Shown here: one piece after another, positions 36,601-47,300 of the stretch | How positions within the stretch are numbered: the stretch's first letter is position 1 | How the letters are laid out: each line of letters starts with the position of its first letter | NCBI GenBank assembly: GCA_002633005.1 | Contig: NMRA01000007.1 | Coordinates: forward strand, 1,440,362-1,504,361 | Source: Phoronis australis | Lineage: Eukaryota > Animalia > Phoronida | Direction of reading: 5' to 3' | Length of the DNA: 64,000 nucleotides | The notes under the pieces: model-generated | Seen by the model: only the letters and a program-made list of their open reading frames with translations | The model's database searches: none | Told to the model about the DNA's origin: nothing | Position numbers and translations under genes: made by a program

Positions 36601-38353
36601 TACATTGCACAGCCTTATGAATATTAGTTACAGCTGCCTCAGGACACCCCGCTAAACTGTGAGGAGAAATTGAGAAAAACTAAACCTAAATGAGAGTATT
36701 ATTACTGTAAAGTTATTAATGGAAATTAAAATTAAAACTAATGAAGTCGTAAGTCTATAATGAAATGTGGGAAATAGACAGGGACACGTTAACAGGTACA
36801 CAGTCAGATAATTCCTCAAAAAATTCTTTAGTTTGGGACACAATATGCGAGAAAAGTATAATTTCATTTTGTTAAATTTCACAATAGAAATAACCTTTCA
36901 AGAAATATTAGTAAAAATTTTCAGTACGCCTTTTGCACACACTTCTTTACGAATTAGTGCATTTTCAGCACTTGACACAGGTGAAAATGTCTGCTCGAAA
37001 ATACGAGTGATGGCGTACTTGCAACTCGTAAAATGTGGAGACAAAAAAACCTTTGAACGTCTGCTTGGTACCCGTACGAGTGATACAAGTGAGCCAAAAT
37101 TTCTACTTGCATTTTACTTTTTCCACGAGTCTCGTATTTTCCGAGCGTTTACTAGCCCTGATTTTTAATCTGGAGCCCCAGGAAAGCCGGTATGTCACCA
37201 TATCAAAAGTTGCCGGCTGCAATTCCTCATATGCCCAAGGCTGATTTATTTTTTAAAGCCAGTAAGGGTTGATTAAGCGTAATCTCATCTGCTCGTAACA
37301 GAGGTAAACAACTCAGGCCTAATGTAAACAAGCTTTAAACCTAAAATTTCAAGAAATTAACCTTCAAAATGTTTTCAGCAAGAAAAATTAACACAGCAGT
37401 ATTCGATTTTTAAAAATCAGGGAATTATTGACTGAAATCTTTAAATTGCATTTGAAAAATTTTGATTGGCTGACTGCCGATTATACGCCCACTTAATTAT
37501 TTCAGGGGTCTCCACGTACAATAAACAGCTTCAATAGACGGAAGAGTTTAGGGTGGGGGTAACGGCTGTAACTGCAGAAAATCCCATCATGCTTTGCTTT
37601 GGCTTTTTTGCATGGTTTGTAGAGTATGGCTTTCACAAAACAACATCAATAAAATTTTGAGCATTTGTAGTAATGCAATGAGCCTTTGAAAAATAGAAAA
37701 TGTTTATTTTAGTTATGAATGTCCCATATTAAAGAGTTTTCGCACATTTTGGGAAAACCTACCTATTCCAAGCAGCTGTGCCAGGACACACTTGGAATGG
37801 AACACTGAAAAGTAAAAAAAAATATCATTAGAAAAGAAAGTATCAAATATTTGAGATCAATAGTTACACAACCTACCATATTCAAAGCATCATATCACAG
37901 AACATTTTAATGATGAAATGCTAAGACATGTTTTATTGGTCAAAAAGGTTGTCATTTGCTTTACATAGAAACAAACAATGCACAATTACCCATTCTCAGC
38001 ATAACTTTTGCAGTATTTCTCGAAGTCATAATCGGCCTGAAAAGAAAAACATCAACTCGGTCACAACTCCAGATTCATAAAACAACCAACCATTCTGATA
38101 ACTGTTTTGCACTTTCTATTAACGTTTCCATAAATTTTTTACTCTATAAAAAGAGTATACCACTTCATAGAAAACTGACAAGAACTTTGAAAAGAATAAC
38201 AAAAAGTCATGGTATCACAAATTTTGCACAAAATGGAGGGGTCCTGACCAACTATTTTAATTTTATGCTATTTCCTGCTATTGTTCTCATAGTTCTTTGG
38301 TATTAAAGAGACGGTGGTTTTCAAAGATCAACATCCAAGCAAAATCACGCACG

Positions 38354-38389
<36 letters not shown>

Positions 38390-41300
38390 CTCTACGGTTG
38401 CAGTCAAACACTCTACTGGCAGAGATAACCCTCATTTAATAAATTTCAGAATATCTTAAGCATATTCAACTGGTAAAGTCACAGGCCTTCATTTCAACAA
38501 ATGACTGGCAGCCAATGGAGAGCGTTGGTTATTTACAAAGTCATAAAAAGACAATTGCGGGATTTTGTTGTTTTCACTGCAGTTAAAGCTAACAAAAAAT
38601 CATTCCGATTTCAAGAACCCAAATACTAAGAAGTAGAATACCTAAACTAACTCACTTGAAAACCGTACTCCATGAGAGACATGTTGAGAGGAAGCTGGCG
38701 AACAACAGATGAAGAGTCGTCATGGAAAACATAGGCACACAGCTGGAGAGAATGGTTGGCGGAGAATGGAATGAGGCGATTGGCGTCAGCAGCATCCAAG
38801 TAATTCTCCTCTGATGTGTCAAGTATGAAGGTACTCAGACGGGGACCAATGTTGATAACGCTAGAAATATGGATGGTATATTACAGTGATTAGTTGAAGG
38901 CATTCAGACGGGGGACCTATGTCGATAAAGCTAGAGAGATACAGATGGTATATTGCAGTGTTTAGGTAAAGATATTCAGACAGGGGACCAATGTTGATAA
39001 TGCTAGATAGTTAAACATTGTACATTACAATGTGTTTAGTGTGATGTACTCAGATGAGGACCAATGTAGATAACGATAGATAACTACACATAATATACTA
39101 CAACGTGTCTAGTAGGCCATCTCTGTCTCTATGCATATTAGTTTAATTTCTATTATACTATTTTCCTGGACAGATTTCCAATATTTTCTTTCATATCAAG
39201 ATGCTATGGGAGAACAGTGTAATATTGTTCCGTAATAAACAATTGGTTTGAATAAGTATATTTCTCTACTACTACTACAACAACAACAAAAACTGGTAAT
39301 CGTTGTTATACAGTGCACCATGCAACAGTAAAATTAAATCTTTCAATATGCAGACAGGAGCCCATTACTCCTCTTTAAATGCCCAAGGCACACTCACTTG
39401 GAGTCATGAAAGCAACTGATGACATCATGGAATGTGTGATAAAGACTGCCTATGTCATCATAAGACAAGCCCGGCGCTATGTCCAGGACGGGTATGAGTA
39501 AGACGGAGCGTTGGCGGCAAAAGTAGGCCAGTTCAAGAAGCTCACTGAAAGACGAGATATACGGTCATTTAACGCAGTTTTAACTCCTCCCCCCTTCCAT
39601 CACAAAAACCAACTTTTGATTTTGACCACTTTCCGTCACGAAATTGGTCTCAAATTGTTTCTCAGTCAAATTAGAGGTGAATATTTCATTGCTTGAAAAT
39701 AATTGACAGTTTGTTATTGCTCGAGACCAGGCTCAACAAGTTGTCTTGTCACGACATGTCATTATAAGCACCGAGCACAGTCTTGAGATACAACTAACTC
39801 ATGTCAGTTCTTTGTAAACCCAGAAATAACATCTCATCCGGGAAAATGGACAAAAGAGACTCAATCAAATGTTTTCTTTATAGATGGAACGCGGGTTTAC
39901 AGCAGATTTAAGTGTCAAGAACTATAACACTACTACAGCTGATTACAATATTACAAAAACACCAATACCAGTAAAATATTCAAAATGCCTTAAAACACAG
40001 AATATTTCCAGTGGAAATAATAAACTAGACAGGCATTCACTGTTCTGGTGTACCATAAAATACGCATAAAATGACATGTTTGATTAAATGCCAAGTAACT
40101 TATGGTCATGAACTGCTATAACTTTGTTTAATTTTCTTTCGAAGTTTCAAATAAAAGTTTCAAAATAAGTTTCCTCGATAGCCCAACATCCAGCAACACC
40201 AGCAGACATATGGCAAAACAATTCACCCTACATTCGACACCGTATTATTACCGTATCATCCCACTACTAGATGACAAACTTAATAAAAAAACAAGTGTGT
40301 ACAACGAATAACTGTATTCATAACAGAAGTTTTCACGCAGCAAAATACAAAGTTAGGCCAAAAATCAGCATAATTGGTTCTGATCTGCTTGTTTTGAAAA
40401 TTGATGTGGTGATGCAGTGTTTTTTTATTAGTTAAAAAGAAAAAGTCATTTTACGCCAGATGAAATGGGTCATGACCCTTCTCTTGTTTCTTTACGCAAT
40501 ACCACCCAATGCCATCTTTGAGGCGCAGGTTTTAAAATGGGTCTGGCATAGACCGGAATCCATTATGCTATTTTCTTGGTTTTACCTCTTTGAATAACAC
40601 AGCTGCCACAATCTGGGATTCTCCTCGTGAACTTTGAACCTTGTGTATAGGTGGACTTGGTTAATTTTCATCATACACAGAGTATCCACAAGATCTTTCA
40701 GGGCTTCCTAGAAAAAAAAACAATGCACACATTCATTAACACCTAGTAAAAGACACAGGAAAATAGAATAGAATAGAATAGAAAAGTAATTTGGATTCTT
40801 GAAAGGTATTTTAAATTGGTAATCAGGTATTCAGCATGAGGGTAAATAAAAAACATGAGATATGCCAAAGGAAAAATGTATTGTTTGTTAGGTTGACAGA
40901 AATTATTAGGCAATTCTTCTTCTTACCAGTTTAGGGATTTGGGCTTGGGAGACATTACTTTATTGATGCAAGTCGTTTTATAACTTACCTGCTTAGGAAT
41001 TCTTCCTTGTGAAACATCTAACAAAACACCGCGACTGCTTAAATTTGGCCAATCAGAGATCTGCATAGCGAGAAAAATAAACATTTAGTGATTCAGAAAA
41101 CTTTCACTGCCAGTCTATGTTTACATCTGAAGCCCGGAAAGCATTCCGTAGACTTAGTTTCTTGCAAGAAAAGCAGGCTCTAGCAAGACATTGCAAAACC
41201 ACACAGCCAAGTGACCGTTTCAAAAGTATGCTTCTGGGCTTACTAGACTATCCTAGCAAAATGGCCTCCACGGAAGTGATTGGTCGGCGAGGTTGGAGTG

Positions 41301-44300
41301 TTGAACTGTGAGATTAAATTCACTGCTTCTGTTCCACAAGATTTTTTGCCACAAGTGCACGCTAAGGTCTTGAGGTCTACAGAACAGTTCTGTTATAGCT
41401 ATACACATGTTATTAAGTTGTTCTTACAATTGATATACTGGACACTCCTCATCAGACCCATATTGATAAATGATACTCTAATTGTACTAACCTTACAGGA
41501 CGATACCATTTGAGTCAAGTTAGTAGGAGGTCTTTAATGCGTCATACACTAAATACCAAATCAGATTTTAAACACAGGTGTAACATCACCTTTAAAGAGG
41601 TTTTCTAAAACACAAGTTACCCTTCCTAATTGTACAAGTCTTGACTACAGATGGAATCGTTTCAGCTGCTAGAATTGATGCAGCAAAATTGATTCAGCTT
41701 TAGGGTAGCTTTGACTCGGCTTTTAATGTGTTACTTATTGCAGAACATGACTGGAATAGTTAGCTAGAAAGTGTACACAATAATACAGTGCACACAAATT
41801 TGACAAAAACTTGAAAAATACTAGTTGCTAAGCATTGGTTTCCCGCTGATGTGGCTGAAAGCAAGAATTGTCAAAAGCTCTGTCGTTGAACTCGAATTAC
41901 AGAAAAATTAATGTTGACAGTTGTACCTGTAGCTGAGGTATTCCTTCCAAATGACACAGGTGAAGAAGTTGTGCAAACGTGGCAATGGCGTAGTTGAGTC
42001 CTGCAATATCACTTGCCAGGATCTTAACCTATCCAAAGGTAAAGTACAAAAATTATTAAACGTAAACAACAAAAGGTGCGCAGTGCTTCTCAATTTATTT
42101 GTTTTTTTTGGTCTACAGATGCTCTTGACCTTATATTCAGAGCACCAATATGCTAAATTTCAAGTCCAAAGGTTTCCATTTCACAACACAAATTATAAAC
42201 AAATACAACATACACATATTTGGAAAGCAACAACATGTGCATGTGTTTCAAGACATGGTATGCCATACGTGCTCAATGAGCGACTGACTCATGAAGCAAA
42301 TCTAAGTTACGACTATGCGCAGGAGCATTCATGATACGTGAGAAAATTAGGCAAAAATTGCGTTATCTGTATATTTTATGACTGTTGCTTAATAAATAAA
42401 AAATATAAATAAAAAATAATATAACCACACATGCACGTACGCACGCACACACACACACACACACACACCTGATTACTGTATACAAACATCTGGTAGCTTT
42501 CCCTGGTCTTGAACAACCTACTGTTCACTTGACACAGAATACCACCAGTGTCCTGTATGCCGAATGTAGTAGATGAGCTCTGAATGGTCAACCTGAAGCC
42601 CAGTCTTTGAATGTTGTAATGCTTGATACTCCACGCTGCACAGGCTTCTGACGTGAGGCCTAGATAACAAAAGAACATTTGTTTGCCGCTAATAAAAATG
42701 TAAAGATTGATCCTTATTATGGTAATTCTTTCAAAAATAACTGCATGCAAAAACCAACAAGGATGAAATTTCTCAAACATGTTATTGCAATTATCAAAAT
42801 CTCATTGTGATAGACAACTACTAGGTAAAAGTTCAAGCATGTCAACAATGTTGATTGAAATGAGAGGTGTGGTAATTACCAATCAGAGTTTAACAGTCTC
42901 TTATTAATGTAGACAAGGGTTTTGCAGATACATAGAAATTTTTACAGAGCACAATAACAACAAAGTACTAACCTTCTGGTCCGTTGATCACCTTCACAAC
43001 AATGGTCTGACTGGGCCGGAATGAGGGACCACTATGAATTGTCATCCTCTGCGGTAATGGCCAGAGTAGGTTAAAGCGATGATCAGAGATAAGCGGTGGA
43101 CTGATGCTGGAGCCCTCCAGAGTGTCTGCCAGCTACAAGGAGGAATACAGTTGAGAGCAATTTCCTCTGACAACTGAATTACGGTGCAAGAAAAATATAA
43201 ATATTGCCAGGATTTACTTTAAAAACGGGAATTAACAGCTGCATTTTGTTGACCACTGCTAACTTTTTCAAGCTTCTGCGTAACGCAATGATGTGTGTAA
43301 CATCCATTCACAGATGAACTATTTTGAAATGTACACATTACTGTAGAATTATTGTTTATAAAGATTATACTGTGGATTGATTTGCTTTCAAAGAAAGAGA
43401 ATCCAAACAGAAATAGTACTGTAATATTGTTTTACTGCAAGGAAACTGGGCTTACAAGAGAACTATTATAATGATAAATGGCTCAACTCTTTCAAAATAC
43501 TTTGATACAAAAAATACAAATTATGACAAAGGTATTATTATTAGTAAAGCTCAAAAACTAAATTTTAATTAATGTACTTCTAGAGAACAGATGCATAAAA
43601 CTAAGTCAAAAACCAAATAAAACTATAACCTAAATCTTCAACAAGACCAGACCTTATGTTCAAAGCAGTGATTTGATTAAGCCACGTTTCATACCTTATT
43701 AACAACACCATTGCAACCAGTCCCCCCCTCAGATTCCATAGAAGCTGTACTGGCCAGCCTCTTAATTTTTTCTTCACTGTCTTGCTCCACACTTGGACCA
43801 TTCACATCGCTTTGACCATCCACTCCCAGTTTCGACGATGGCTTTGTTAGAGATTTCAGAATAACGGGCTGGCCTGCAGCCATGTCAAAGGCCGACAATC
43901 CAGCATCTTTCCTGGAAAAGTGAGAATTCATATATAAATGTACTACAAGAAAAATGTAATCAGTAAAAATAATTATTGTTTCCGTGTCATGACGACTAAT
44001 TCTGTGAACAGCAAACATGACTGGTGATAACTATTTGGGAGGCAAAATTCTTATTACAGATTGGCTTAGCCAAATGATTGTCATTTGGATTCCCTTTCAT
44101 TCTCGGTCATTAGGGAAGGCTATTCTGATGGTGAATTTGGCTTTTGTTCAGCCATCATGACAAGGAATTCTGGGTCATTATGTATGAACAGTTTTGGCTT
44201 GAACTGTAGTTACATACTCACCTGGGTTAACGTCCATATTTGGCACAATGCCCGCCTCTAAAATTTCCAAAATTTCCAATTTTTCATAGGCTTACAACTA

Positions 44301-47300
44301 ACAGCGAATTTAAATGACTAAGACTTCCTTGAAAGTGCCAGTGTCTTCATAAATTCCAATCTCAAAAGAAGTTAAGTTCCCAAAACAAACGCAAGTCACT
44401 TTCCTTTGAGTAACAAACAATCAAGTTCACTGGCACCACACCAGTCTCTACTGAAGGAGACATAAAGCTTCTTTTGGCTCATACGCAATCTAATATCACT
44501 GCACTTGTGTGCAACATGAAGGTATTCACTCGAGTAAATTGATCATTCAGGTAAACACCCATCTCAAGTTTTGAATGCCCATGTTCAGCCAAACAGCCAC
44601 GCCTTGATCTTTAGTTTTTTGAATTTGAGTGCCCTGGGCGTCAACCGGATTGGTATGTTTAATGCTTGATTAAGGAATTCAAACACACTTCATTTCCAAA
44701 ATTTTGTGAGGAGACAAGAGTATTATTTATAAATGTTTTAAGAAAAAAACAACCTAAGGGAACCTGCATACCGGTCATAAAATATAGAAATTTCTACTAT
44801 GCAGCATTCTTTGGTATAGCTAATAATGCTTGACAATCAAAATTGTGACTCCTGTGTCCGCTGATAAGCAAATGCACTTGCACCTAAAATGAAGAATTCA
44901 ATCATATTTACGGACACTGAAGAAAAAACATTCCTAAAACGCTCCTCCCATGTTTCAACTCACCCTGAAGTAGCTTTAACATTTGGGTCTGCATCATTGA
45001 GTATGAGCTCTTCAATAATCTCGATGTTCATTCGCTTCACAGCATCATGAAGTGGGGTGTGGCCACAGTTATTGACAGCATTCACATTGGCCCCACGGTC
45101 TGCAAACACAAGATGGCCATGTTTAGACACTAACACACAGAAGAAAACGGAACCATTTGATACAGTACCCGCTAGAAATAGTCGAGACAAAATGACCCAG
45201 AATTCCCCACCACATCATCCAGGCGGATATCAAATTCACCATCATGGTAGACTTTCGTCGTGGTTAATAATGAAGGACAGCACTCGAGTGGGTGGCCTAA
45301 AACAATTCCCAGGTTTTTTATACGGGCATCATAACAGTTCATTGACCAAAAAAGGGTAGGACAGCTGTAGCGCCACCCAATTCCCTGAAGATGCCTAAAT
45401 GTAGGAATGTAGGTGTACCTTCATTCTCTAACTCAATTCCTCCCGCCGACAAATGAACATACAATGCAAATGACTGCATGGGCTAGTGGCACCAATTTTG
45501 CCGATCTTGTCCAACTTTTGCCGAACAATTTTGACTTCTGTCTGTTTACTTCCTCTAGTAATTCAAACGTGGTAGCAAATGTGCGAAATAAACAGAAAAA
45601 TGGTGAATCAAACGTATAAATTTTAGAAAACTGTTAGTTGCAAACTATGTGAAGGCGACACCATTGCATTCCGATAGTTTGGGAGGACATACCAAAAAGG
45701 TGACGACTTTAGTGGAAACTGAGATCCCAAAATCTTTGTCCTAATTCACTCAGTAATAATACACAAATCCAATCACAGAACACATTACCACAGAGACATT
45801 GCACCATGTCCTGGTTGGCATAAGTAGCAGCCCAGTGTAGAGGGGTGTTCTGGCTGGACGGACTGTCATGGAAGTTGATGTGGACGCCAGCCGCAAGCAA
45901 CTGACATACACGGCCGACACTAGAATATAAAGTGAATTAGAAATACACAGCTGCTCACAAAGGGTGAAGACTGATTGATGTGACCGACACAACACAGCTA
46001 TGGATAGTAGGGTCAATGATTTTCTGTTTCAAATTCAATTCATTTTTCTTGAGTCCCATTTCACTGTAAAATATTGAATGGGAATACAACGTCACACAAT
46101 TGGTTTGTTTGGACTTTCTTACATTCCACCAGGCATTCATGTCGCAGCTCTGCTTGATCAGTAACTTGCTGCAAGCAATGTTCAGTAACTAAAAATAAAA
46201 AAATCTTAAAATTTGGGAATCTACTACCGAAATAAGTGAGTTCCATTCAAAACATGTAATTCCATGAAAGAAGATGGGATTCCTTGAAGTACGATTTATT
46301 GCAGAAAGTCATTGGCTCCAAGATTTCCATAATCACTTGAGATTTCCAAAGCATACAAAACACACGCTTGAGGAAGGAAGATAATGGCCAACACATTAGA
46401 AACAATTTATACAACATAGTAGTTTTAACACTGGTGACGGGTAAGACTAATTTTCTCCTTATTTTGTTGAGCGATTCCATTTATTGTGCCACAAACTGAA
46501 GCAATCTAACAAGTCATTATGGGCATTTAAATGACGTTTATCCTTCTATTTTCAAAGACGAGTCTAATAATAGATTGGAGAATTGCAAAAGGATACCTTC
46601 CTCATAAAATTTAACCACACTGAGTGTTACAGTGCTCTGTCAGAAGCAACATACTTGGACTGTGCTGTGCACTGCAGCATTTCCTGGTTGTACACATCCT
46701 TGATTTGATCGCTGACCGCCAGGTCCACTGGTGTCAGACCTTCCGAGTTCTGAACACAGGGGTCAGCACCTGCCGCCAGTAGAGCACGGAGACAGTCAGG
46801 GTTCTCTAACTGAAACGAAATTGACTTGATTGTAATTTGAACCCACAAAAGATAAGAAAATTTAAAGGAATAGACCTTTTGCAAGGTTACAAGCAAGTTG
46901 GATTTTTGCCCCACTTCCCTTGGTGTCATGATGCTAACAAGTTACTGCACTGAAGTTTATAAGACCTACTTGTTTTCCACATGGAGCTATAGACTGGACA
47001 TGCGAGGTTATGCAACATGATAGCGATTTCGTCCCACTTTTGAGCTAAGTTTGCAGACCCACAAGTCAGGAAGTGGTTTCTATTGAAACAGGCTAGATAC
47101 AAAGTTTATATGTGCATCACTTTTCTTCAAAAGGCTGGGAACTCACCTTTCGTTCGATTTAAACCAAATTCAAGGATAAAACTGACCTCAACTTGTTCTT
47201 TACACAGATTATATTGTATTGCTGGGGTAGGAAATAACTCTCTGGCACTTCGTTATTGCTTGAATCCAGACTCAACAAGTTGGTTTTTCGCAGCAGGCAC

